NCBI RefSeq assembly: GCF_009914755.1
Contig: NC_060937.1
Length of the DNA stretch: 64,000 nucleotides
Direction: 5' to 3' (one strand)
Origin: the human T2T-CHM13v2.0 reference genome, Homo sapiens
Part shown: positions 15,801-31,722 of the stretch, piece by piece
How the letters are laid out: each line of letters opens with the position of its first letter
Position numbering within the stretch: the first letter of the stretch is position 1
Translations under genes and position numbers: made by a program
Notes under the pieces: model-generated
What the model was told of the DNA's origin: nothing
What the model saw: the letters and a program-made list of their open reading frames with translations, nothing else
The model's database searches: none

Positions 15801-16856
15801 TGCAGCAGAGGGGACTTGAACACAAGTCTTGGGCTCTGTATCAAATGTAGCCATCCCACTCTTCACTGAACCTCCTCCTTTCCTTCCAAATCGCAGGTCT
15901 CCTCAACTATAGAAGTGTAAGGTATTTCCCAGTGAGTTTCCTTCTTGAAGAATGACAGGTGGCCAAAAACATGAAATTCTGGACCACGTTTTTCTCCATA
16001 TGGCAATGGTAGCTCCTAAGAATCAACTTTTCTCCATAATGTTGAACTATAGTAACAATAGTGCTAAAACACACCTTACCCATTTGGCCAAGAAATTAAA
16101 CATTGTTTCCATGGAACACGAATAACAAGCTCCCAACAACTGACTTTAAAAAATCATCTTTAGAAATCAATCAGTTAGGCTTCCTGCATAACCATTTTCT
16201 TCCAATGCCTGTTATTCCAGGTTAGTAGCTTTTCAGTTATAAAGATATTTAATAATAACCTAAACTCAAACTAGCTCCCACATTAACTTCAATCTAAATT
16301 ACTATGCTGAAGGAGTTCATTTAGAATCTGCTCATCACTGTGAAATATCATGATCTCAGACTTAGTTCCCCTGCAATACTCATTTGTCACTTTTATAAAG
16401 TTGTTTATCTAGTTGTTTCATAAAGTTGTTTATCTAGTTGTCCTAAAGTCCCTTCTTTATCAACAAAAGTCTGTAACTCTATACCACAAAATTTTGTTAT
16501 CAATAGAGAAAATGAGAAACAATGAAAAGAAATGTGTCTTGGTCCCCAAGAGGTTACAAAATGGAAGAAAAGCAAAAAAAATCTTGAGAGTACTAGCCCT
16601 TATAATTAATGAAATTGTCTACAGAATAATGTTAAGAAAATATTTAATGATCCAGATTTTGTTTTAAAAATCATGTTTGCCATAAACAAACTGAGGGCAC
16701 ACTCACAACAATACCAGTTACAGGTAATTATTAATGGGTTATAGGTGACTTTCAGTTTCTTCTTTACACCTTTTTACACATCACATTACACACTGACTAT
16801 ACTTCTTTTATAATCAATCAAACAGTAAAATTTCTTTAAAAGTACCTATGTAACTA

Positions 16857-17139
16857 GGCCATGGCTCACTCCTGTAATCCCAGCACTTTGGGAGGATAAG
16901 GTAGGTGGATCACTTAAGGTCAGGAGTTCGAGACCAGCCCAGCCAACATGGTGAAACCCTGTGTCTACTAAAAATACAAAAATTAGCCAGGTGTGGTGGT
17001 GGGCATCTATAGTCCCAGCTACTCGGGAGACTGAGGCAGGAGAATTACTTGAACCCGTGAGGCAGAGGTTGCAGTGAGCCAAGATCATGCCACTGCACTA
17101 CAGTCTGGGCAATAAAGCCAGACTCTGTCTCAAAAAAAA
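16857..17139 (+). mobile_element. Alu (AluSx-like)
   Basis: TSD AAAAG(T/C)ACCTATGTAA. Confidence 0.93.
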
Positions 17140-17462
17140 GCACCTATGTAATAACGCACACGGCTAAAGGCTAGGGGTATAAGGTAGGGAGAGGAGTGAG
17201 CAGTTATGGAGAGGATAGAATCAAGCAATTAGTTAACTACACCCACTTCTAGGAAATGTCAGCCATTATAAGATTAATGCAAAATTAACTTGTAAGTTCC
17301 ACCACTGCAGAGCTCCGATGTTGGCTTATAAGTAGGTTCAGAGTCAGTTAAAAAGATACCTAAAATGAACCAATTGCTACTCCCCTTGAAAAAGTATGAT
17401 TCCCTAATTTCCTACCTTGTTTCAGAAGGCACTTAAGATGGCAATATTCCTTTAATTCATCC

Positions 17463-17906
17463 GTTATGCATTGAACTATGCACCCCCTCCTCTAAATAAA
17501 GATAAATTGAACTCCTAATCTTCAGTACTTCATAATGTAACCTTATTTAGAGATAGTCTTTACAAAGCTAATCAAGTTAAAATGAGGTCATGAAGGTAAT
17601 TCCTAATCCAGTATGACTGGCATCCTGCTATTATAAAAAAGGGAAATTTGGACACAGACACAGGGAAGATGTGAAGAGACACAGGGAAAAGAGGGCCATC
17701 TACAAGCCAAGGAATGCCTGAGGCTGCCGGAAGCAAGTAGAGAAGCCTGGGGCAGATCCTTCTCCAGCACCTTCAGAGAGGGCATGGTCCTGGTGAGATG
17801 CTGATTTTGGACTTCTGGAATCCAGAATTGTAAGATGACCAATGTCTGCTGTTTAAGCCATTCAATTTACGGTATCTGTTAGGAAAGACCCTAGGAAACG
17901 AATACA
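17463..17906 (+). mobile_element. MLT1B-like MaLR solo LTR
   Basis: AACCTTATTTAGAGATAG..AATCAAGTTAAAATGAGGTCAT..CCCTAGGAAACGAATACA. Confidence 0.82.
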
Positions 17907-19142
17907 CCATGGTATAAACTCCACGCAGCCTACACCCTCAGAGCCACTGCCTTTTTAAAGATCTAGCACTGCACAATTTTACATGTAGAATGATACCTAA
18001 TCTAAGCAAAACACAACTCAGGAAAGGAATGCATATCGCCATTTTATTTTAGTTTGTTTCCAATTTAGTTACGAATGTCTTCTATGAGAATGCTTGTAAT
18101 ATTTAAGTATAGTAATATATTATCAGCTGAGACATAACAATTCTGGATAATCTAAAAATTCTAGCTAACAAAGTTGATACATTATAACTGAGGTGTCCAA
18201 TTTTTAAAAAAATACTTAACTGAAACATATAGGCATTTAGCATAAACTAGAATTTAAGAATATATGTCATGTAAAAAAGAAAAACAAAGTGTATGTCATA
18301 AACACAAAAACATCAACAAATAAGACACTTGATAATAAAAATGCTGAAAGTCAAAGACAAAAAGACACAGCAAGAAAAGAGGATGCATCACTTATAAGGG
18401 AAACTCCAGTTGAGACGAAAGGCTGACTTCTAAGCAGAAACCTGGTAGCTATGAGTCAGTGGGGTAATATATTCAAAGCGCTCAAAGAAAGGAAAAAAAA
18501 AATTTTAAAAAACCGTCAACCAACAATGCTGAATCTGCCAATGCTTCCATCTAAATGTGAAATAAAGACTTTCCCATAAGGGCATGGTGGTTCACAACTG
18601 TAATCCCAGCACTTTGGGAGGCTGAGGACGGAGGATCACTGGAGCCCAGTAGTTCAAGACCAACTTAGGCAACACAGGGGGACACCATCTCTACAAAAAA
18701 TTTAAAAATTAGCCAGGCGTGGTGGTGTGCACCTGTAGTCCCAAGCTGCTCAGGAGACTGAGGTGGGAGAACCACTTGGGCCCAAGAGGTTGAGGCTGCA
18801 GTGAGCTGTGACCGCACTACTGCACTCCAGACTGGGCAACAGAGCGAGACCTATCTCAAAAAAAAAAAAGACTTTTCTAAAACGAAAACCTAACAGAAGT
18901 TGTTCCTATGCTAACAGACATACCTTACAAGAAATACTAAAGAAAGTTGTTCAGGCTAGAAGCAAGTGTTCTCAAACAGCAAGTAAAGTCCACATGAAAA
19001 AACATACAAGAGTACCTGTAACAGCAATTGTTAATTATAAAGGACACTATAAATGTGTATTTTTTCTTTCTTCTCTTAATTGATTTAAAAAGCAACTGTA
19101 TAAAACTATATATATATATTATAGGCCAGGCATGGTGACTCA

Positions 19143-19405
<263 letters not shown>

Positions 19406-19523
19406 TTATATATATATATATAATATAAATAATAATAACAGCACAAAAGAGGTAGGTTGAAATGGGCTAACATAAAATAGCATATCAATTGAATTAAAAA
19501 ACCAGAATCACAGAATCATCTTA

Positions 19524-19525
<2 letters not shown>

Positions 19526-19560
<35 letters not shown>
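19526..19560. repeat. (AC)n microsatellite
   Basis: About 17 perfect units. Confidence 0.95.
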
Positions 19561-19565
<5 letters not shown>

Positions 19566-20314
19566 CAGGTGACAAAAATCCAACACCTTGTCATGATAAA
19601 AACATAGAAAAGAATTCCTCTCTGAATACAATAAAAATTGTATTTATGGGCCAGATACAATGGCTCATGTCTGTAATCCCAATGCTTTGGGACACTGAGG
19701 GGCGGATCATTTGAGCTCAGGAGTTCAAGACCAGCCTGGGCAACATGGTGAGAACCCATCTCCACCAAAAATACAAAACATTAGCCAGGCGTGGTGGCAC
19801 ACGCCTGTAGTCCCACCTACTCAGGGGACTGAAATGGAAGAATCACTTTCACCCAGAAGGCAGGGGTGTGGTAAGACAAGATCACAGCACTGCACTTCAG
19901 CCTGGGCAACAGAGCAATACCCTGTCTTAACAAAAGAAAAGATTGATTTACGGAATTAATAAAATAAAAGAGGAAAAGAGCTCCTCAATCTGACAAAACG
20001 CATCTATAAAAAACTCACAGCTAATATCTTACTTAATAGCGAAAACACTGGATGCTTTTCCTCTAAGATTAGGAAAAAGACAAGAAAATTCCCTCTTGTT
20101 AACTTCTACTCAATACTGTACCATAGGTTCTAGCCAGCAGTTAGAAAAACAGGCATCCAAATTTGAAAGGAAGAAGTAAACCTATCTTTATTTGTATGTA
20201 ACATGATTTTATATAAAGAAAACCCTAAAGAATCCACTAAAAAATTACTACTAGAATAAACGAGTTCAGCAAGGTTGCGGGTTCTAAAATTAATACATAG
20301 CCATCAATTGTATT

Positions 20315-20992
20315 GATCTCATAAAACTATGGAGTAGAATAGTGGTTACTAGAGTAGAGGCTGCAGATGTGGGGGGTGGGAGGAGTAGCCAAGGGGTGGT
20401 TAATGAATACAAAATTACAGCTCGATAGGAGGAATAAGTTCTAGTGTTCTACAGCAACAGTCCCCAACCTTTTCGGCATCAGGAACCAGTTTTGTGGAAG
20501 ACAATTTTTCCATGGACTAGTGGGGGATGGTTTCAGGATGAAACTGTTCTCAGATCACCAGGCATTAGATTCTCATAAGGAATGTGAACCTAGATCCCTC
20601 GCATGCGCGGTTCATAACAGGGTTCACACTCCTGAGAATCTAATGCCTTCTACTGATCTGACAAGAGGTGAAGCTCAGGCAGTAATGCTGCTCGCTGGAC
20701 ACTCACCTTCTGCTGTACAGCCCGGTTCCTAACAGGCCACAGATCAGGGGTTGGAGATCCCTGTTCTACAGCACTGCAGGGTGACTATAATTAACAACAA
20801 TTTATTGTATACTTTCAAATAGATAGAGGAGCAGATTTTGAATATTCCCAACACAAAGAAATGATAAATGTTTGAAGTGATGGATATGCTAATTCCCCAA
20901 TTTGATCATTACACATTGTATACCTGTATCAAAATATCACACTGTACCCCACAAATACATACAATTATGTCAATTAAAAATAATAAAGCAAA
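20315..20992 (+). mobile_element. L1MA-type 3' end nested in the L1MB
   Basis: GATAGGAGGAATAAGTTCTAGTG..CACAAAGAAATGATAAATGTTTGA..A-rich tail. Confidence 0.75.
20455..20763 (+). mobile_element. MER1B (hAT-Charlie MITE)
   Basis: GTCCCCAACC..GGTTGGAGATCCCTG termini; exact 8-bp TSD TTCTACAG. Confidence 0.88.
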
Positions 20993-23406
20993 AAATTGTA
21001 TTTATATATGCTTGTCCTGAACAATCTGAAAATGAAAATAAGACAACTCCATTCACAGTAGCATTCAAAATGATTTAAATAAGTAGGAATCAATTTAACA
21101 AAAAAAGAGAATGACATATAAAAGAAAAAAACATTTCAGAGTTTCAAAACTCTGAAAACTACAAAATATTACTAAAAGAAATTAAAGGAAATCTAAACAC
21201 AGAGAAAAACATACCATGTTCACAGACTGGAAGACTTTAACACTTAAAATGGCAATACTCCACAAACTGATCTACAGGCTCCATGAGATCTCCATCAGAA
21301 TCCCAGCTAATTTTATGGAAACTGACAAGCTGATTCTAAATTCATATGGAGGTCGGACCCAGTGGCTCACCTGTGTAATGATCACTTGAGTCCAGGAGAA
21401 CGAGACTGCAATGAGCTATAACTGCAGTCATGACAGTGGTACTGGCAGACAGGCAAACATACAAATCAATGAATTAAAATTGAGGATCCAGAAACTCATA
21501 CATCTCTGATCAACTGGTTTTCAACAAGAGTGCCAACTCCAAAAGACAGAGAAAGAATAGTCTTTTTAACAACTGGCGCTGGGACAAATGGATAGTCACG
21601 TGCAAAAGAATGAAGTTACCTTTACCTCAAACCATGTACAAAAAACTAACTCCAAACAGATCAAAGAAGTACATAAAAGAGCAACACCCAGAAAACTCTT
21701 AAACACTGGATTTGGCAAAGGATTGACACAGGATTTGGCAAAGGATTATAAAATATGACACCAAAAGCATGAACGACAAAAGAAAAAAATCAGGCCAGAC
21801 GCTGTGGCTCACATCTGTAATCCCAGCACTTTGGGAGGCCGAGGTGGGCAGATCACTTGAGGCCAAGAGTTCAAGACCAGCCTGGTCAACATGGCAAAAC
21901 CCCATCTCTACTAAAAATACAAAAAAATTAGCTGGGCATGGTAGCGCGCAATTGTAATCCCAGCTACTCGGGAGTCTGAGGCACAAGAATCATTTGAACA
22001 CGGGAGGTGGAGGTTGCCGTGAGCCAAGATTCAGCGACAAAGCAAGATTCTGTCTCCCAAAAAAAAGGAAAAGAGAAAAAAAATTAGATAAATTAGACTT
22101 CATCAAAATCAAAATTAAATTTTGTGCTTCAAATGGCACCATCAAGAAAATGAATAGACAACCCATAGAATGGGAGGAAATATTAGCAAATAAGGTAACT
22201 AACAAGAAACTTGTATCCAGAATATACAAAGAACTCTTACACCAGGGCCAGGCAGGGTGGCTAATGCCTGTAATCCCAGTGCTTTCGGAGGACTAGGCAA
22301 GAGGATCCCGAGGGCCAGGAGTTCAAGACCAGCCTGGGCAAAACACAGCAAGAACCCATCTCTACAAAAAGTAAAAAATTAGCCAGGCATAGAGGCATGC
22401 ACCTGTACTCCTAGCTACTCCAGAGGCTGAGGTGGGAGGATGACTTGAGACCAGGAGTTGCAAGGGATGATCATGTCACTACACTCCAGCCTGAGTAACA
22501 CAGCAAGATCCTGTCTTGAAAAAACAAAAACAAAACAACAAAAAACTCACAACAATTAAAAGACAACTCAAAGAACAGCCAAAGAATGCGAATAGATATT
22601 TTTCCACAGAAGATACACAAATGGCCAATAAGTACCTAAAGAGGTGCTCAACATCATTACTCATCAGAGAAATGCAAATCAAAACCACAATGAAATGAGA
22701 TACCACCTCACACCCAAAATGGAATGGCTACAGTCAGAAAGTCAGATAACAAGTACCAATGGGGATGCAGAGAAATGGGAACAGCCATACACTGTTGGCA
22801 GGAACATAAAATGGTCCATCTCTGGAAAACAGTCTGGTAGATCCTCAAAAGATTAAACCACAATTCCACTCCAAAGTACAGACACATGAGAAAACAAAAC
22901 ATATGTCCATAAAAAGCTTGCACCCCCAATGTTTACAATAGTATTATTCATAATACCCATAAGGTAGAAATGGCCCAAATGTCCATCAACGAACAAATAA
23001 ACAAAATGTAGTATATCCACACAATGGAACAATATTTGTCCATTAAAAGCAATGCAGTACTGATACATGTTACAACATAAATGAACCTTGAAAACATGCA
23101 AAGTAAAAGCAGCCAGTCCCAAAGACCATATACTCTATGATTCCACATACCAAAGTCCAAAGCAGATAATTATATAAACACATAAAGTAAATCAGTGGTT
23201 GCCTAGGGCTGGAAGGGGGAGGGAAAGGAAAGAAGGAGGAGAAAAAGAATAGCTAAAGGGTATAAAGTATCGTTCAAGATGATTAAAACTGACTGTGGTG
23301 ATAAATGCAAAACTCTAAAAGCCACTAAATTGTACACTTTAAATGAGTGAATTGCATGGTATGTGAATTATATCTCAATAAAGCTGTTTTAAGAAAAAAG
23401 AATATG

Positions 23407-23735
<329 letters not shown>

Positions 23736-23794
23736 TCAACTTGGAGTCTTTTTTGATTAATTGTTTACATTCAACATTTAAAGCTTAGTGTCCT

Positions 23795-24075
23795 GGCCGG
23801 GCATGGTGGCTCACACCTGTAATCCCAGTACTCTGAGAGGCTGAGGCAGGCTGATCACCTAAGGTCAGGAGTTCAAGACTAGCCTGGCCAACATGGCGAA
23901 ACCCTGTCTCTACTAAAAAATACAAAAATTAGCCAGGTGTGGTGGCAGGCACCTGTAATACCAGCTACTTGGGAGGCTGAGGCAGAGGTTGCAGTGAGCC
24001 AAGATCGTGCCACTGCACTCCAGCCTGGGCAACAGAGTGAGACTCCGTCTCAAAAAAAAATAAGTAAATAAATAA
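23795..24075 (+). mobile_element. Alu (AluSx-like)
   Basis: TSD TAAAGCTTAGTGTCC. Confidence 0.92.
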
Positions 24076-25408
24076 AGCTTAGTGTCCAAAACTCAAATTC
24101 ACTTTTAAAGTCTTCAATTTTGTTTTTTAGATAAAACATATATACATATGCATACAAAAACATATAAAGTAATGAAATAGAAATATTTTCTAGTTTCAAA
24201 TAGGTTCTATGAAATCTAGTAACAATAAACTCCAAAAATGGGAATGACAAGAGTGGAAACGTCACTTCCATAACAATAAAAAGCTGTGCTATCATCCATT
24301 AATCGGTACATTAGAGTTACAGATCCTTTTAGTACTTGAGAATGAAATGTTCAACCTTTCCCCTTCCACAAGTCACCCTCATGGAGCTCACACACCCACT
24401 TTTCTGATACTGTTCTGCTGGATGTGAATTTAAGTCTCATTTCCCCAAAAAGACGTATCTTCCTTAAAAGTAAGAACCACTCATACCTAACAGTTCACCT
24501 AGCATAGCCCATACACCAATATTTACTGGGTATTCTTTCCTGTCTTCCTTATCATCTCTTTTCTTAGCCTCTCTTGCTCTGTTGGTTTTCTTCAGACTTA
24601 CAAGCAAAATGAGAAAAACGAAGTCTCTAGAAGTCCAGGCTCTATGTTTCATCCTATTTCTCGTAAGTTTACTGAGGTATCAAATCTAATTATGGCAGTC
24701 GTTTAATAACTGCAAAACAAAAATATTTAGAGATCTGGCAATCCTCAAATTAGAGCTTCTTCTGATACTATCTTTAACCATTAAAAATCTATTTCACATC
24801 CCACAGAAATATCCACCTTTCCACTTTGCCTAAGAAAATGTGAGAGTTGCCCTTTTCTGCCCTTTCTTCCTTAGGAAGCACACAGCCTGAGGCCTTCTCT
24901 CTAAACCTCCAAGATTATCTTTTAATGAAGCCGAACCATCATTTAAATTACTATGCTGTAAATATAAAAGGTTCTGATGTAATCTTAACATCCTAAAATA
25001 TATTTTACATATACTCTGTTGAGCAAGGGCATATAGCATAGGTTTTATTCATTTCATCCATTTTTGTAACCTCTCATGCTACCAAGCCTATATTTACTTA
25101 CTTATCAAAAGTTGTAAAAGTATTGGTAGCTAATTTTCCTGAATGTTCCACTGCATCTTTACTTTTCTCCTGCTGAGACTGGTAGTGTGCTAACAGTACC
25201 TGAAGTAAAAATTCTCCTTCCGTTACTTCCAAAACTAGAACAGATAACCACGTCTTAATGTTCACTTAGTACAAAAGGTGTATGTTTACAAATCCACTCA
25301 ACTTCTTTCCAATATTTCACCATAACCCAAAATTCATTAAAGGCATATCAGGAATTGATTTTCACCTCTAATACATTTTTTAAAGTTAAAAAAAAACGTG
25401 GACGCATT

Positions 25409-26202
<794 letters not shown>

Positions 26203-27253
26203 ACACAAATTGGTCCATTTTAAATATTACAAATAGAAATACAAATAAATGCACTCTAATATCCCTAAAATCTGAAAATTAAAGTAACTGTACCTGGTTA
26301 GTTCATCTAATTTTCAGAATCCTGTGCCTAAGAATTTGAAGTTGCTTTTGTAAAAGCACAGGAGTAGTAAATATATAACCCTGAGGCGGAACATATTAAA
26401 AAATGGAAAATAAAAGAAAAACTACTTTGTCAAGTTTTAGTGTATAATCAGTTAAATCTTATTAATTATAGTTCAGATGCAAAAATCTGTTAGAACTTCA
26501 TGTGCTCATTCACTTGTAATATCACAAAATTAAGTCTAGATGCGGAAAAGGTTCAACTTAATTTGTAAACTTTAGCCTGCCTAAATGTATGACTTTCGGA
26601 ATACAACTATGAAAATATTCTGAAAATGTAAAAAGTTTATTTCTATGTAGCTTCAAATATAACATAGATGTACATTCTCTTTCAATGTTTTTAAAAATAT
26701 TTCTTAAAAAAAACCTATAGAAGCAGTTAAAACTGTATTCTGAAGCCCTAATGAAACACTGGATCTAGGCAATGATTATCAACAGTTGCTAAAAACCATG
26801 AGGTAAAAAGCTGCCAGCAGCTCCGTAACAGAAGAGTCATTCTGACAATGCCAGCCTCATCATTATAAAGAGACACGACATTCCACTGCAAACCAGAAGT
26901 ACACATCACCTAAGTTTTTCCACCACCACTTGTACCTCAACTCCTGCAAGGAAAAAAAAAAAAAAATCAAGGAATCTGGTTCAGGCCTCTTAATCTACCA
27001 GATTACAGAAAACACAAAGGATGGAAGAACATGTTAAACATCACAAAGGGGATGCAATCAGCAAAGTACAGAAAATGAAAAAAGCTATGTGACAATCTGA
27101 TTTCCTCAAAAGATAAACTATAATAAAAAAGAAACAGGGATCCACATTTAAGAGATATAGTGACGAAACGCAACGATGATCATTATGGATCCAACTATAA
27201 TCATTTGAGACAATCAGGTAATTTCAACAATGATTGGATATTTATGAGTATTA

Positions 27254-27580
<327 letters not shown>

Positions 27581-28754
27581 ATGATTTTATGGTTGTCTTT
27601 AGGGGGAAGAAGCATCTACACCTACATTAGTAACAGCATGATCCGGCGGCAAAAGCACTAGACTAAATACGGAGAGGTCTCAGGCAGAATCCTAAAATCA
27701 AATCACTGGAGTCTGAAATAATCTATTTGTTAATTTCCTTACCTGTAAAACAGACTACTCCTCTCTATGGGTCCATCTCATAGATTTCACAGTTTTTGTT
27801 TGGAAAAAATGAACTAATAATAACAAAGTAATCTGAAATGTAAATACTGACATTGGTGAAGTTTCTTCACAGCAGGTATGTTACAAAAATATATTCTGCG
27901 TAATAGTTATTTTCACTAATGTGGTAATCATGTTTTGTTGGTTTTTTATTTTCAATAAATTTTCTAGAAAACCACTTCTGATCCCTTTTTGCTTGATAAG
28001 TTTTACATACATTAAGCTAAAAAACAGAATGCTGTAGTTGAAATGGACCTAAGATCACAAAGAGGTGTATATAATCCCGTCATTATATAGAGGTGTACAT
28101 AATTCCCCGTCATTACTTTGGGAAAAAGTGGATGTTCTAGGTATGATCTCTCCCACTTTCCTTTACCCGCTGTATCAGAAGTACTTTTCATTAGCTCATT
28201 TTTAGCAAAAATGAGTTCTGTAAGCTACAAATGTGATTTTTAACAACATATACATGCCTTTTTTTAAAAAAAATATAAGTTTATAGAAGATTTTTCCCTA
28301 AACCAATATGAACCCAATCAATTTAACAAGTTTGAGGACAAAATTACTGAAACATTAAATCATGTAAGTAATTTTAATCACTTAACCTTATTTCTCTCTT
28401 GTTATTTTAATTCACTTCTCACTTCCTCGCCAGGACCTTTGTCCTCTTCATTTTTCTCCAAGTTACCTTTCAAATTCCACCAAGCTTCCCTCCCCACCAC
28501 TCCCAAAAGCCTTCCTTCTCCAACTGATGCAGGCCTCACTCCAAATACCAGTCTGTCTTCCCTGTACACATCAAAATACAGCTTATCAAGTTTGTATCAG
28601 TTTACATTATTATACACAAAGCTGGTCTCCCCAACTAGACTGCAAGCCCTTTGGAACTTAAACAGCTTTGAATCTCTAGGGTCTAGCACATAACCCAACT
28701 TAATGAATATTCCTTGACATTAATTGCAATGGACCTGATTGCGCCATTAGTTTT

Positions 28755-29476
28755 ACTGGGTGAACTGTGTTCCCTAATAAAGGTACGTTTAAGTCTTAAG
28801 CCCCAATATCTCAGAATATGACCTTATTTTGAAATAGGGTCTTTACAGAAGTAATCAAGTTACAATGAAGTCATTAGGGTGGACCCTAATCCAGTGTGAC
28901 TGGTGTCTGTGTAGAAAGGGAAAATTCGGACACAGGCATAGAAGGAAGACAAAATGGAGACAGAGACACAGGGAGAATGCCATGTGAAAAGATTGGAATG
29001 ATGCATCCACTGCCAGAAAACCACCAGTAGCTAGGGTAGAAAATGGAAGAGAGTCTCCTCATAGCCCTCAGAGGGAACCAACCCTGTCGACATCCTGATT
29101 CTGGACTTCTAGCCTACAGAATTGTTAGGACGATAAATTTCTGTTACAGGCATGCACCACTTAATGACAGGGATACATTCTGAGAAATTGACTGTTAAGC
29201 AATTTCATCATGGTGCGTATGTCATAGAGTGTACTCACGCAAACCTAGATGGTACAGCCCACTACACACTTAGGCTATGTGGTCTAGCCTCTTGCTCCTA
29301 GGCCACAAACCTGTACAGCATATGACTGTACTGGATCCTGTAGGTAACTGTAACACAATGGTAAGTATTCATGTCTCTAAACACATCTAAACGTAGAAAA
29401 GGTACAGTAACAATACAGTATTATAATCCACACACAGTTTCTGGCACTTTGTTATGGCAGCCCTAGGAAACTAATA
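28755..29476 (+). mobile_element. MLT1B-like LTR split by Tigger3a
   Basis: ACCTTATTTTGAAATAGGGTCTTTACAGA..TTTGTTATGGCAGCCCTAGGAAACTAATA. Confidence 0.8.
29147..29428 (+). mobile_element. Tigger3a (MER7A/Golem) MITE, 3' end missing
   Basis: TA|CAGGCATGCACCACTTAATGACAGGGATACATTCTGAGAAAT..AAACCTAGATGGTA. Confidence 0.8.
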
Positions 29477-31511
29477 AAATTATTGTTTAATAAAATGAAA
29501 ATGTGCAAACAGTATTATATAACCAAACCTTTCAATATGATAGACATTGAAGATCATGGGAAACTAAAATGCACACAAGAGTTTTGACATGGAATGAAAC
29601 ATGATGACAACCAAAAATATACACTGTTAGGTGAAAAAGCAAATAAACCTGCAGTTTTAAATTTTGGGGGGAGTGGGGGTGACACACACACAATACCTCA
29701 TGTTTGTATATGCACAGGTAATGTCTGGCAATAAACACACACATATCCCAACTCTTTCTAGCAATTACTTCTTGGGAAAGGGCGGCCCCTCTTCCTTGTA
29801 AGAAATGAATTTTTTAAACTCACACAATTTTGCAGTTTTAAAAATAGTAAGTGGTTTGGTTTTTCTTAAACTTCTAAAATTGCAAAATTAAAAGAAACTA
29901 CCATTTCTAAGGTAATCAGATATCACATTTTTCTTTAAGAGTATATACAGTTAAACCTGAATAATTTAATTCTTTTAAAATCCTCACTCTGGTAGTTCAA
30001 AAAACAATGTATCAATTACTAAATTACAAGGGCGTATCTACCACCCCATTTCTAAAAGTTACCATGACATTATATTTCAAAGTCCATATTAAACACAGGC
30101 TGTTCCTAAAAATGTCAGGAAGAAAATAAGATTTTTCAAACACCATTCCATTTGCATCAGGCATATAATTCTGGTGTTTTACAAGTGTTCTATCATTAAA
30201 TTTCATTTCTCAACTAGGCCACACCTATTCAATCCAGCCTTCTCTATCAATATCCAGTAACATTTGCAGAGGGCCTTGTTAACTTGGATGTCAACCAAAA
30301 ATGTACCCAAATATCCTAACTCTCTTTAACAGTCTGTTCTAGATTTATCATCTATACATTTATCTAAACTCAAACTTTCCTACACCTTTATTTTTTATCA
30401 TTGTGAGATCTGAATCTGTGAAATGCCTAGCAATAGCATCACCAAGTAGCCACTCAATAAATGTCAGACTCCTATATAAGTTCCTTGGGAAAGCTAAAAT
30501 TACAGATGTCACATTCAACTTTACAAGTCAGGGAAGATGACCTAAGTCATCATTAACATAAAATGGCAAGAACATCACGGTAGGCTATTAGCACTGAAAT
30601 GGTATAATAACTACAACCCAGTTTCAGAGATGAAAAGGAAAGAAAGTAGACTATTAAAGCAACTAACATCTGGGATGAAAATGTGTAACAGAAGAGAAGC
30701 TTTAAGGACACAAGGAAGTAAAAACCTGAAAGAGCGGAATTGCGAACACTTGGCAGGAGGAGTAACCTGAGCAAAGGCAACTGTGCAGTCTTTAAAGAAC
30801 GAAAATACCACCTTAAATACATACCATGTGTCAATTATACCTCAGTAAAGCTGGAAAAACTCAATAAAGAAAGAAACTAAACAGAGAACAAAAAAAGGTG
30901 ACAGATTTCACTTGTATCTTTTTAGTTAAAAAGGGCAACATAATGTCTCCAACTAAGACAATGATACAAATATCCAAGCATTTTTATCTGGCTAAGGCTT
31001 GATGTGTATAGTGAGAAAACAACCAGAAGTAAAAGTTGCTTCCTTTTAGTTTTTCATTTGCCAAGTTAAGTGAAGGCCTCTGCTTTAACCAGTCACATGA
31101 CAATGGCAGGTCCTTGTTCAGCAGGGTCCCCCGTGGAGGAGATATAAGCCTCCTCAAATTGAAAAAAAAAATGCAATAAAAACAAATGAAACTAACCAGT
31201 AAACTTTAAAAAAGTGAACTGTCTTTAAAAAAAAAAAAATGCAACACCAGACAATGAAAAGATTCTAATTTGCCTAGCAGAACCAAAAGCACAATATTTT
31301 TGGTTTTGTTTTTGGTCCGTTGTATCTAGTTTTTGAGCCTTTGATGTTTCAAATTTGTTCCAAATTTTGTCCACCTTTACATAAAAACCCTGAGCACATC
31401 AGTCTGAAGAAATTATCAGCTTTAAACCTCTAGGTCCATCAAACAACAAACAGTGAAACCACTTGATTCCTATTCCTCACCTGTTCTTAAAAGAACCAAA
31501 GCATCATGTTT

Positions 31512-31722
31512 CTTTTTTTTTTTTTTCCCCCTTCAACCTTAAGTTACAGGGTACATGTGCAGGATGTGCAGGTTTGTGACACAGGTAAACGTATCATGGT
31601 GGTTTGCTGCACAGCTCAACCCATCTCCCCGGGTTAAGCCCAGCATCCATCAGCTCTTCTTCCTGATGCTCTCCCTCCCGCCATCCTCCCCACAGGCCCC
31701 AGTGTGTAGCGTTCCCCTCCAC
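31512..31722 (-). mobile_element. L1PA 3' end fragment
   Basis: PolyT, GGTACATGTGCAGGATGTGCAGGTTTGT..CAGGCCCCAGTGTGT. Confidence 0.85.

Noticed and set aside
21994-22929. ORFs resembling L1 ORF2 C-terminus
   Set aside because: Dead L1M fragments broken by stops and Alus; not an active element or domesticated gene
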